From positions 300,001 through 332,000 of the forward strand of contig FP565575.1 in the NCBI GenBank assembly GCA_000091165.1: a stretch of DNA of 32,000 nt. The letters are read 5' to 3'. This document shows, piece after piece, positions 18,653-26,616 of the stretch. The number at the start of each line of letters is the position of its first letter. Positions within the stretch are counted from its first letter, which is position 1. The DNA comes from Candidatus Methylomirabilis oxygeniifera. Its GTDB lineage: Bacteria; Methylomirabilota; Methylomirabilia; Methylomirabilales; Methylomirabilaceae. The translations under genes and the position numbers were made by a program. The notes beneath the pieces were generated by a model, which was given only the letters and a program-made list of their open reading frames with translations, made no database searches and had not been told where the DNA came from.

Positions 18653-19792
18653 ATGGCTCATTCCTATACACCGGGATTACGTACGGCGGCACAGACCGTG
18701 GTTCGGAAGCGGCGGATCTTACCGATTTCCGGGCAGGTGCTTGTCCATACTGGGCAGGTGGTCACTGCGACGACGGTGATCGCTCAGACCGAGCTGCCCG
18801 GTAAGGTCCATGCGATCAATGTGGTCAATCTGCTGGGGATCGTCCCGCAGGAGATCCGTCGCTATATGCTCAAACGGGAGGGTGATGCGGTCAAGGCCGG
18901 CGAGCCGTTGGCCGAAAACCGGCCCGTTTTCAAATGGTTGAAGACCCAGGTCCCTGCCTCGATCACCGGAACGATCGAGACCGTGTCGGAGGTGACCGGA
19001 CAGGTATTTCTGAGAGAGCCGCCAAGACCACTGGCCCTGACCGCCTATCTCGACGGCCAAGTCGTTGAGACCATTCCCGATCAGGGGGCCACAGTGGAGA
19101 CGGTGTGCAGTCTCGTACAGGGGATTTTCGGCATCGGCGGCGAGGCTGTGGGTACGATCGCAGTTGCCGTCGACAATCGCGAAGACGAACTGACGCCGGA
19201 GCGGATTACCGACGCGCACCGAGGGATGATCGTTGTGGGCGGCTCGTTGATCGATCGTGACGGCTTCGCGAGGGCCAAGCAGGCCGGAGTTGCCGCTGTC
19301 GTTGTCGGCGGTATCCACGCGCTTGATCTGAAGCTGCTCCTCGGACGGGATCTTGGCGTCGCCATCACCGGTACCGAACAGATCGGTCCGACACTGATCA
19401 TCACTGAGGGGTTCGGTCGAATTGCCATGGCGAAGCGAACCTTCGATCTTCTGGTCTCCAAGACTGGACGTCGCGCGTCCTGCTCCGGGGCAACGCAGAT
19501 CCGGGCCGGCGTGATCAGGCCGGAGGTGATTGTTCCGATGGGGGAGCAGTCAGCAGTCAGTGATCAGCATTCAGCAGGGGACACCGCAGGAGTCGGAGGC
19601 GGACTGCGGGTCGGTGATCAAATCCGGATTATTCGGGAGCCGTATTTTGGCCGAATTTGCCGGGTATCCGCGCTTCCGGCGGACCTTCGGCTCCTGGCTA
19701 CGGGAAGTAAGGTCCGCGTTTTGGAGGCAGAGTTTGACGATGGGCAGCAGGTCGTTGTCCCTCGCGCCAATGTAGAGCTGCTGGAGGCGTAA
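18653..19792 (+). CDS. Uncharacterised conserved-looking protein
   Basis: Long ORF; GKVHAINVVNLLGI, HRGMIVVGGSLIDRDGFARAKQAGVAAVVVGGI; C-terminal region with a possible KOW-like fold. Confidence 0.72.
   Translation: MAHSYTPGLRTAAQTVVRKRRILPISGQVLVHTGQVVTATTVIAQTELPGKVHAINVVNLLGIVPQEIRRYMLKREGDAVKAGEPLAENRPVFKWLKTQVPASITGTIETVSEVTGQVFLREPPRPLALTAYLDGQVVETIPDQGATVETVCSLVQGIFGIGGEAVGTIAVAVDNREDELTPERITDAHRGMIVVGGSLIDRDGFARAKQAGVAAVVVGGIHALDLKLLLGRDLGVAITGTEQIGPTLIITEGFGRIAMAKRTFDLLVSKTGRRASCSGATQIRAGVIRPEVIVPMGEQSAVSDQHSAGDTAGVGGGLRVGDQIRIIREPYFGRICRVSALPADLRLLATGSKVRVLEAEFDDGQQVVVPRANVELLEA
19546..19580. repeat. Heptamer tract inside a CDS
   Basis: GCAGTCA GCAGTCA GTGATCA GCATTCA GCAGGGG, translated as EQSAVSDQHSAG. 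Confidence 0.65.
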
Positions 19793-19804
19793 TGACGCTC
19801 AGGT

Positions 19805-19867
19805 TCGAGTGTCGAGTGTCGAGTGTTGAGTTGAAGGCCCGCAACCCGCAACCCGCAACCCGCAACC
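19805..19867. repeat. Nine consecutive in-register heptamers
   Basis: TCGAGTG x3, TTGAGTT, GAAGGCC, CGCAACC x4. Confidence 0.9.
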
Positions 19868-19875
19868 TGTTTTCC

Positions 19876-21108
19876 GTGCGCGTTCTTACCACAATCCTTA
19901 TTCTTGCTGTCTTTACCCTATATCCTATATCCTATATCCTTGCCTCTTCCCTTTCCCCTCCTGAGCAATTCGAAGCCTTCGATATGCCCGGCGATGGCGG
20001 AGGTAGCATCGGACTGTCGTGGCAAGCGGCTCCCTCTGACGGACCGACTGTGCGCTATCAGGTCTACGTCGCGGATCAGGCGCACGGACCTTTCACGCGA
20101 GTTGCCGAGTTTCCCGCCGATACCCACTACAAGAGCGATGTTGATCGCCCATGGTGGAGCTGGGATCGGAGCAAGGCCCATCACTTTTATCAGGTCAAAT
20201 CGACGCCGACCCTCCGTATCGAGAACGACCGATCCTACTTCTTCAAGGTGACGGCAACCGATGGGCTGCTGACCAGTGAGGGGCCGGTTCAATCGGCCGT
20301 TCCGGCGCCGAATTTCTTCAACATGGCAAAGGCCAACAACTTTCTGTTGATGTTCTTCTTCTCTGCGCTTGTCCTGTTTGCGATTGCCCAGGCAAAGCGG
20401 CATCCGACCATCTTCCTGCGCCGAATTCCAGGCCTCGATGCGGTGGAGGAGGCGATCGGCCGGGCGACCGAGATGGGACGGCCGATTCTCTACCTTACCG
20501 GCTCCGATGATATGTCGAGCCTGTCGACGATTGCGGCGACGGTCATTCTTGGACAGGTTGCGAAAAAGACGGCGGCGTACGATACACAGCTTCAGGTGCC
20601 GCACCGGGACCCGATCGTGATGGCTATCTGCCAGGAGATCGTCAAGGAGTCGTACCTGGAAGCCGGACGACCTGATGCTTATCGTGATGACGCGAACTTC
20701 TTCATCACCAACGATCAGTTCAGCTATACCGCTGCGGTGAACGGCATTATGCTTCGAGAGCGACCGGCAGCCAACTTTTTCATGGGTTTTTACTATGCCG
20801 AGGCGCTGTTGCTGGCAGAGACCGGCGCCGGGACCGGTGCAATCCAGATCGCCGGGACCGATGCCGACCTGCAACTGCCCTTCTTCATTACGACGTGCGA
20901 TTACACGCTGATCGGCGAGGAGCTGTACGCTGCAAGCGCATATCTCTCGCGTGAGCCGGTGCTGGTTGGGACCCTGCGGGGGCAGGATCTCGGGAAAGCG
21001 TTTCTCCTGTTCTCCATGGTGATCGGGACCATCCTTGCCACCATCGGCGGACTTGTCGGGACTCAGGCGTTCGTACCGTTGCTGCAACTGTTCCGGGACT
21101 TTAAGTAA
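19876..21108 (+). CDS. Fibronectin-III-like plus membrane domain protein (DUF6754-like)
   Basis: N-terminal TM, FnIII-like IGLSWQAAPSDGPTVRYQVYVADQAHGPF, later TM segments. Start is ATG 19792 or GTG 19876. Confidence 0.7.
   Translation: MRVLTTILILAVFTLYPISYILASSLSPPEQFEAFDMPGDGGGSIGLSWQAAPSDGPTVRYQVYVADQAHGPFTRVAEFPADTHYKSDVDRPWWSWDRSKAHHFYQVKSTPTLRIENDRSYFFKVTATDGLLTSEGPVQSAVPAPNFFNMAKANNFLLMFFFSALVLFAIAQAKRHPTIFLRRIPGLDAVEEAIGRATEMGRPILYLTGSDDMSSLSTIAATVILGQVAKKTAAYDTQLQVPHRDPIVMAICQEIVKESYLEAGRPDAYRDDANFFITNDQFSYTAAVNGIMLRERPAANFFMGFYYAEALLLAETGAGTGAIQIAGTDADLQLPFFITTCDYTLIGEELYAASAYLSREPVLVGTLRGQDLGKAFLLFSMVIGTILATIGGLVGTQAFVPLLQLFRDFK
19917..19944. repeat. CCTATAT heptamer tract within predicted signal/TM region
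   Basis: CCTATAT CCTATAT CCTATAT CCTTGCC, encoding LYPISYILA. Confidence 0.7.
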
Positions 21109-21109
21109 C

Positions 21110-21191
21110 AGGGTATAGGGTGTAGGGGATGGGGTATAGGGTACCAGCAGGATCACGAAAGAGCCCTTACCCCTTACCCCCTCCACCCTGT
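21110..21191. repeat. Paired inverted heptamer array
   Basis: Left 21110-21144: AGGGTAT AGGGTGT AGGGGAT GGGGTAT AGGGTAC. Right 21164-21191: CCCTTAC CCCTTAC CCCCTCC ACCCTGT. Confidence 0.85.
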
Positions 21192-21206
21192 CTTTGAGGT
21201 GGATTG

Positions 21207-21845
21207 ATGGTTCTATTCTTGCGGCGGACGTTCCCGCTGATTCTGACCTTTCTGTTTGGTGTAGCGGGCGCCCTCCAGTATTACATCCCCCACCCTGTCT
21301 CCGAAGCGGCGCTCACTGAGGTCTCGGTCTGGCTTCGGATCATCCTTGGATTTGCCATGATCCTGGGGATCGCCAGCCTCTGCCACGTCCATTATGCGAA
21401 GATCCGGATACGGGCGGCAGGGTGGGGATACAGCCTGGTGGTCTATGTCTCGATGCTGGCTACGGTCGTGGTAGGGTTGTGGTCGCGGGGACAGGAGGAG
21501 GGGACAGGCTTCGGCTGGATCTATACGTATGCGCTGCTTGCGCTTCAGGGGACGATGTTTTCCATGCTCGGGTTCTTCGTGGCCTCTGCTGCATTCCGCG
21601 CCTTTCGGGCCAGGAGCAAGGAGGCGGCCGTATTGCTGGTGGCGGCGGTCCTGATGATGTTTGGGCGTGTGCCGTTGGGCGAGTATCTGGTGCCCGCTGC
21701 AGGACCCATAGCCGGCTGGCTCCTGAACGTCCTCAACACGGCCGCCAGGCGTGGGATCATCATCGGGATCAGCCTTGGCGGGATTGCGACCTCGATCAAG
21801 ATCATCCTTGGGATCGAGCGGTCGTACCTGGGGGGCAGAGATTGA
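21207..21845 (+). CDS. Multi-pass membrane protein, unknown function
   Basis: Repeated hydrophobic helices (LILTFLFGVAGALQYYI, IILGFAMILGIASL, LLVAAVLMMFG). Confidence 0.72.
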   Translation: MVLFLRRTFPLILTFLFGVAGALQYYIPHPVSEAALTEVSVWLRIILGFAMILGIASLCHVHYAKIRIRAAGWGYSLVVYVSMLATVVVGLWSRGQEEGTGFGWIYTYALLALQGTMFSMLGFFVASAAFRAFRARSKEAAVLLVAAVLMMFGRVPLGEYLVPAAGPIAGWLLNVLNTAARRGIIIGISLGGIATSIKIILGIERSYLGGRD

Positions 21846-22723
21846 GGGAACTGGCCGGTAAGCTGCTGCGCATGGACCGTCGGGTGATCTTCGTTCTGAT
21901 CGCGCTGGCGACACTGATCCCGCTCTTGCGTCCGATCGGCTTTCCGATCCGGATCTCGCCGGAGGTTAAGCGGATCTACGACCATATCGAGTCGCTTCCG
22001 GCAGGATCGGTGTTTTTGCTGTCGCTGGACTTCGACCCGGCCTCAAAACCGGAACTCTATCCGATGGCGGTGGCACTGCTCAATCACGCCTTCAAGCGAG
22101 ACCTGCGGGTCGTCGGGATGACGCTCTGGGTGACAGGGACTGGAATGGCTGAGAAGGTTGTGAGTGGAATCGCGAGCGAGTACGGGAAGCAACGAGGAGT
22201 AGACTATACCTTTCTTGGATACTCGCCGGGCGGGAGCAACGTTATCATCAATATGGGGCAGGACCTGGCTGCCGCCTTTCCGACCGACCATTACGGTGCG
22301 CGAACTGCAGACCTTCCGGTTATGCAGGGGGTCACATCGCTGAGGCAGGTCAACTACGTGGTGAGTCTGGCTGCGGGTACGCCCGGCGTCGAAAGCTGGT
22401 ACGTGTACGGTAAAGAGAAGTACGGTTTCGAGTTGGGCGGTGGCGTGACAGCCGTAATCGCGCCCGGCCTCTATCCCTTCCTCGATACCGGGCAGATCAA
22501 CGGCCTGATCGGCGGATTGCGTGGGGCAGCCGAGTACGAAACGCTGATCGGGATGAAGGGGAAGGCGGTGGCCGGGATGGACGCGCAATCGGCGACGCAT
22601 TTTATTATTATCGGCCTGATTGTGCTCTGCAATCTCTTTTACTTCCTGACGCCCGGCACGAGGCTCCGATCCTTTAGTAGCGCTCAGGACAAACCGGGCT
22701 CGCCGCGAGAGGCGGGACGGTGA
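21842..22723 (+). CDS. Membrane-anchored extracytoplasmic protein, unknown function
   Basis: N-terminal TM (VIFVLIALATLIPLL), soluble domain, C-terminal TM (FIIIGLIVLCNLFYFL). Start TTG 21842 or ATG 21872, not 21422. Confidence 0.7.
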   Translation: MRELAGKLLRMDRRVIFVLIALATLIPLLRPIGFPIRISPEVKRIYDHIESLPAGSVFLLSLDFDPASKPELYPMAVALLNHAFKRDLRVVGMTLWVTGTGMAEKVVSGIASEYGKQRGVDYTFLGYSPGGSNVIINMGQDLAAAFPTDHYGARTADLPVMQGVTSLRQVNYVVSLAAGTPGVESWYVYGKEKYGFELGGGVTAVIAPGLYPFLDTGQINGLIGGLRGAAEYETLIGMKGKAVAGMDAQSATHFIIIGLIVLCNLFYFLTPGTRLRSFSSAQDKPGSPREAGR

Positions 22724-23490
22724 TGACCCCGTCTGTTCTGCTCGGCGTCTGGGTGGCGGCCGGCCTCACCCTGTGTATGTTCAGCTTCCTGTACAAGGAC
22801 AACCCCTTCTTCCGATTCGGGGAGCACCTCTACGTCGGTATCTCGATGGGGTACACCATCGTCCGGATCTATTACGATGTGATGGTCAAAAGCCTCTACA
22901 CCCCGGTTATGCAGGAAGGGAAATGGTGGTTCCTGATCGCGGCCATCCTGGGTCTCCTGGTTCTGACCCGCTTCATCCCGAAGATAAGCTGGCTTAGCCG
23001 GATCTCATTTGCCGTCATCGTGGGTTTCGGTTCCGGCGTTGCTATCCCCCGCATCATCTCCTCGAATATCCTTCAGCAGGTACAGGGGACGTTAAAGCCG
23101 CTCCTCGGAAATGCCGGTCAATCTCTCTTCGGCATGACCCAGTTCAACGCATTACTGATCCTGATCGGCGTTGTGACGGTGCTAATCTATTTCTTCTTCT
23201 CCATCGAGCACAAAGGACCGATCCGGGTCGCGGCGCGGATCGGCATCTACTTCCTCATGATCAACTTCGGCGCCGGCTTTGGCTATACGGTTATGGCCCG
23301 CATGTCGCTGCTCATCGGCCGGTTCGACGATCTGATCCTCTTTAGTTCCCGCGAGTACGGCTACGCCTCGTTGGTGCTGCTCGGCATGATCGCCTTTGGC
23401 CTGTTCATGTGGGAGCGCAGCTCAACCGCCTCCTCCGGCCCCGATCAGGACCCACGCGCCTCTGGGAGCGAGGAGCGCCTCTCTCAGTAG
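22720..23490 (+). CDS. Multi-pass membrane protein, unknown function
   Basis: About 6 hydrophobic segments; overlaps the preceding ORF by 4 nt. Confidence 0.72.
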   Translation: MMTPSVLLGVWVAAGLTLCMFSFLYKDNPFFRFGEHLYVGISMGYTIVRIYYDVMVKSLYTPVMQEGKWWFLIAAILGLLVLTRFIPKISWLSRISFAVIVGFGSGVAIPRIISSNILQQVQGTLKPLLGNAGQSLFGMTQFNALLILIGVVTVLIYFFFSIEHKGPIRVAARIGIYFLMINFGAGFGYTVMARMSLLIGRFDDLILFSSREYGYASLVLLGMIAFGLFMWERSSTASSGPDQDPRASGSEERLSQ

Positions 23491-23501
23491 GTTCAGACCA
23501 T

Positions 23502-23538
23502 CACCCCTCGCCCCCTTTTGGGGGAGAGGGAGCGGGTG
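23502..23538. repeat. GC-rich palindromic repeat / possible terminator hairpin
   Basis: CCCTCGCCCCC-TTTT-GGGGGAGAGGG, 11-bp stem with one mismatch, followed by GGGTGAGGGGG. Confidence 0.7.
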
Positions 23539-23709
23539 AGGGGGACCTTGGAGCGATGAGAGACCACTGGCCGGATTACGCCGGTATTCCGCATCTCACA
23601 ATTCCCCTAGACAGTAAAGAGTTTTGCATGGTAGCTATAACGTGGCCTTTTTGAGGGTATCATTTCGCAGCCTGAAAGGGTTGGGATATGGTGGATAGGA
23701 CTGATCGAA

Positions 23710-24042
23710 ATGTCTGAATCGGACTTGGCGTTGATCCGACGTTGTGTCCATGAAGGTCGGCTCCTATGGACCTACCATGTTAACATGCGTTTACGACAAC
23801 GGCGTGTGTCCCGCTCCCTGGTGACGGAAAGTGTGGACAGTTACCGGATTATTGAGCAGTATCCACGAAGCCACACCTCTCGTTACTTGCCGAGTTGTCT
23901 AGTGCGTGCGGAGCATCACGGAGAGATGATTCATATCCTGTTCGCCCTCGACAGGGAAGGTGATACCGTACGAGTCATCACTGTATATCGGCCGGATCCC
24001 GCAGAGTGGGACGCCGATTTTCTGCGGAGGAAAAAGCCATGA
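23710..24042 (+). CDS. DUF4258-like putative toxin
   Basis: Small basic protein (WTYHVNMRLRQRRVSRSLV ... VITVYRPDPAEWDADF) directly preceding a YgiT-type zinc-finger gene with ATGA overlap. Confidence 0.68.
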   Translation: MSESDLALIRRCVHEGRLLWTYHVNMRLRQRRVSRSLVTESVDSYRIIEQYPRSHTSRYLPSCLVRAEHHGEMIHILFALDREGDTVRVITVYRPDPAEWDADFLRRKKP

Positions 24043-24260
24043 AATGTCATATCTGCGGCGGTGAAGTCAAGGTAGCGACATCCGACATGCCGTTTAAACT
24101 CGAAGCAAACCGGATTGTCATCTTCAAGAATCTTCCGGTGCTCCAATGCGGGCAGTGCGGGGAATACCTGATTGAAGACCCCGTCATGGCGCGGGTGGAG
24201 GAAATGCTCGACCGCATTGATGCCTCGGCGGAGCTGGAGATTGTGCGCTACGCGGCGTAA
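24039..24260 (+). CDS. YgiT/MqsA-type zinc-finger putative antitoxin
   Basis: MKCHICGGEV ... VLQCGQCGEYLIEDPVMARVEEMLD; two CxxC pairs. Confidence 0.75.
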   Translation: MKCHICGGEVKVATSDMPFKLEANRIVIFKNLPVLQCGQCGEYLIEDPVMARVEEMLDRIDASAELEIVRYAA

Positions 24261-24266
24261 CGTGGC

Positions 24267-24506
24267 ATGATCACTGAAGCTGACACCTGCAGGAAGTACG
24301 TCTTGCCGAAGCTCTACGCAGCCGGCTGGACCGACGACCAGATCAGCGAGCAAAAGACCTTCACTGACGGGCGGATCGTCGTTGCCGAGCTGGAAGCCTT
24401 GCAAAAAGAGGTGGATCGGCTGAAAGCACTCCAGGCGGAGACCGCTGCCGAACTCGACGCGCTGCTGCCCGCCATCCGCGACCGCGCATTCAAGGGGGAA
24501 CTCTGA
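24267..24506 (+). pseudogene. Chimeric type I R-M remnant: HsdR N-terminus joined to HsdS C-terminus
   Basis: MITEADTCRKYVLPKLYAAGWTDDQISEQKTFTDGRIV resembles HsdR starts; LKALQAETAAELDALLPAIRDRAFKGEL resembles HsdS ends. Confidence 0.65.
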
Positions 24507-24688
24507 TGGTCAAGAGTTGCGCTTCACCGATCGCGGCTCCACTCAGAATGAAACCACCGTATGAACGCATCGTTTTGGAGAAACGCGAATCCCGCACTGT
24601 CGCTGCCCTACGCGACGCGCTGCTTCGGAAGCTGCTCTCGGAGGAACTGCGGATGAGAACGGCTGAAAAACTGCTGGAGGTCGAATGA
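24506..24688 (+). pseudogene. Second HsdS-like C-terminal fragment
   Basis: LEKRESRTVAALRDALLRKLLSEELRMRTAEKLLE resembles the HsdS terminal helix (ESRTLAALRDTLLPKLLSGELRV type). Confidence 0.6.
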
Positions 24689-25989
24689 TGAGGGAGATGA
24701 TCCTTCTTGGGGCAGGCGCATCTGTCGAAGCGGGTGTGCCTGATACGTACGGAATGACCAGTAAGATCATGGAGTTGTTCCGCAAAGACTACCTCATGCA
24801 ACGTTATGTGGCTGTCATCTCATTCGTGATCGGGGGCCTTCTTTTTCAACATGGAATCAAGGGCCGAGATCCTCTACAAGAGGGTGTGAACGTCGAAGAG
24901 CTTTTCAATGCAGTCCAATTGCTGGCCGAGCGTAATACTCTGGAGGCTGCTCCATTTGTTGAATCGTGGCACCCAATGGTGCAGGAATTGGACAGGGCAC
25001 GCTTGCATGCAGGATCCGGCAGACTCTATTGGTTATTTTACGACCGACTTGTCGGAGCAATGGAGAGCGCTCTGGGGAGTCTACCGTCCGGCAATAACCG
25101 GACCAACCCGAGGGAATTCATGAGAGACTGGGTGAGTCGAGTTAGATATTCGGGCTCATCAGGCGGCTTTGACATCGACCGTGAACTTCAAAAAGTCATT
25201 GAGCAGGTGAAAGATCGACCTGGTGAAGGCGAGATCTTTTCAGGGACCGCAGAATCCATGATTCGTGTCTTGGTCAATATCGTCTGGATCGACCAAGCGG
25301 AACGCGTCGCTTATATGGAGCCGTTAGCTTCATTGGTAGGTGCACAGGGGCGACTTACGGTCGCTACGCTGAATTATGACAACAGCGTCGAACTACTCGC
25401 GCAATCAGCGGGCCTGCCATGTGCAACCGGCATTGAAAAGTGGTCTGAAACCGGTTCGTTCATGCCGAGCAGCGATGGGATCTTTTTGATCAAACTTCAC
25501 GGCTCGATTGATTGGGCGCTGGAAGGCGACAAGAGGTCAGAAGACCGTCCAATGCCTCATAGTGTCATTCGACAGGTAAACGCTGAGGAAATCAAGAAGC
25601 CGGGGTTTCGACCGGGGGTCATATTTGGTCAACGCAATAAACTGACGGCAGAAGGGCCATTTTTGGATCTCTTACGCGCATTCCAACAAGAGTTGTCGCG
25701 CAGCGATATTCTGACTGTGGTGGGGTATTCCTTTCGAGATGATCATGTCAACGAATATATCTCACAATGGCTGAACCAATCGAGAGAGCGGAGGATGCGC
25801 ATCATCAACCCTCATTTTGATCGCAGCCCGAGCCCTTACGCTGGGCAACTCTCACGTTTTGGAGGAACCCAAGTAGAGATAATCCGTGAACCCGCTGGCG
25901 CTGGGTTGGTGAAGTTGTATTCATACTCGATTGTAATCGCACCATCGGTGACGCAACCTTCAAGCGTGTCTGCTGAGCCGACGACATAG
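24685..25989 (+). CDS. SIR2-like domain protein
   Basis: MILLGAGASVEAGVPDTYGM, TLNYDNSVE, LIKLHGSIDW and ILTVVGYSFRDDHVNEYI. Confidence 0.72.
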   Translation: MMREMILLGAGASVEAGVPDTYGMTSKIMELFRKDYLMQRYVAVISFVIGGLLFQHGIKGRDPLQEGVNVEELFNAVQLLAERNTLEAAPFVESWHPMVQELDRARLHAGSGRLYWLFYDRLVGAMESALGSLPSGNNRTNPREFMRDWVSRVRYSGSSGGFDIDRELQKVIEQVKDRPGEGEIFSGTAESMIRVLVNIVWIDQAERVAYMEPLASLVGAQGRLTVATLNYDNSVELLAQSAGLPCATGIEKWSETGSFMPSSDGIFLIKLHGSIDWALEGDKRSEDRPMPHSVIRQVNAEEIKKPGFRPGVIFGQRNKLTAEGPFLDLLRAFQQELSRSDILTVVGYSFRDDHVNEYISQWLNQSRERRMRIINPHFDRSPSPYAGQLSRFGGTQVEIIREPAGAGLVKLYSYSIVIAPSVTQPSSVSAEPTT

Positions 25990-26115
25990 CGACAAATGGC
26001 GCTTTTACTGATTCCATCGCCGAAGAAGCCACCCTTGGTTCGATGGCGGCAAAGTAAAACAGCGTAGCGTTCCGGGCTGGCCTGGACCGAGATTGCAGAC
26101 CGATGGAAAGGATTT

Positions 26116-26319
26116 TTAGCGGCGTGATCCGGAGGACGCTGTGGGTTTCTTAGGGCTGTTGACTGTATCGATGGCTTTAGACGCGACAGACGCCAGAGTG
26201 AGACCCAGACGAGCGCCCTCAATAATTGATGAACTCGACACCGCCGTCCAAAGCAACGACTGTCTTTGCGCAGGATCTTTCAAATAGGGGTTCGTTTCGA
26301 TCAGAGGCTTTTTACGCAT
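26116..26319 (-). CDS. Small protein with Fic-N-like or antitoxin-like motif
   Basis: KPLIETNPYLKDPAQRQSLLWTAVSSSSIIEGA; short, family uncertain. Confidence 0.4.
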   Translation of the reverse strand: MRKKPLIETNPYLKDPAQRQSLLWTAVSSSSIIEGARLGLTLASVASKAIDTVNSPKKPTASSGSRR

Positions 26320-26353
26320 GATTTTTTATATCACACCGTGGGCGGCTGAGCAC

Positions 26354-26491
26354 CATGAAAGTGCAACCTTGAACGTCGCCCAACTCGCTGAATCCATCGT
26401 CGAAAACGCAGCTTTCGCCTGCCTGGAGAACCTCGGCTGGAGGGCACTCGCGGGCTGGCCGTACCGCATAGTGGCTACGCCCTCGCTCTGA
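26354..26491 (+). pseudogene. Possible HsdR-like N-terminal remnant
   Basis: Frame reads ATLNVAQLAESIVENAAFACLENLGW, like the SIVEDAALAWLexLGY motif of some HsdR N-termini, then stops. Confidence 0.4.
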
Positions 26492-26577
26492 CCCGCTCCT
26501 GGCGATAGAGGCGGCAAGATCCCGTCAGGTCTTGCAGTCGGCTGTCCATGATCCTTTCATTTGGCCGAACTACAACC

Positions 26578-26616
26578 TTGCAATTAGCCGACCCATAAGG
26601 TTACAATTGGCCGATG
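26578..26616 (+). repeat. Direct repeat, copy 1 (ATPase gene 5' end)
   Basis: TTGCAATTAGCCGACCCATAAGGTTACAATTGGCCGATG; the start codon of the ATPase lies inside it. Confidence 0.8.

Noticed and set aside
19918-21186. Long minus-strand ORF (422 aa)
   Set aside because: It is antisense to the membrane/FnIII-like gene, with Arg/His-rich translation and no domain signal; typical shadow ORF of high-GC DNA. The other long minus ORFs opposite core genes (1053-2066, 18158-18661, 21213-21914) were rejected likewise.
21422-21841. Upstream part of ORF 21422..22723 as coding sequence
   Set aside because: It is antiphase to the well-formed membrane ORF 21207..21845 and low-complexity; coding character begins near 21842/21872.
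24267-24506. Complete small regulatory protein
   Set aside because: Its two halves resemble the N- and C-terminal ends of different type I R-M subunits, so a deletion chimera is more plausible, though expression cannot be excluded.
25836-26222. Minus-strand ORF overlapping the SIR2-like gene end
   Set aside because: It largely overlaps the SIR2-like C-terminus and shows no recognisable motif.
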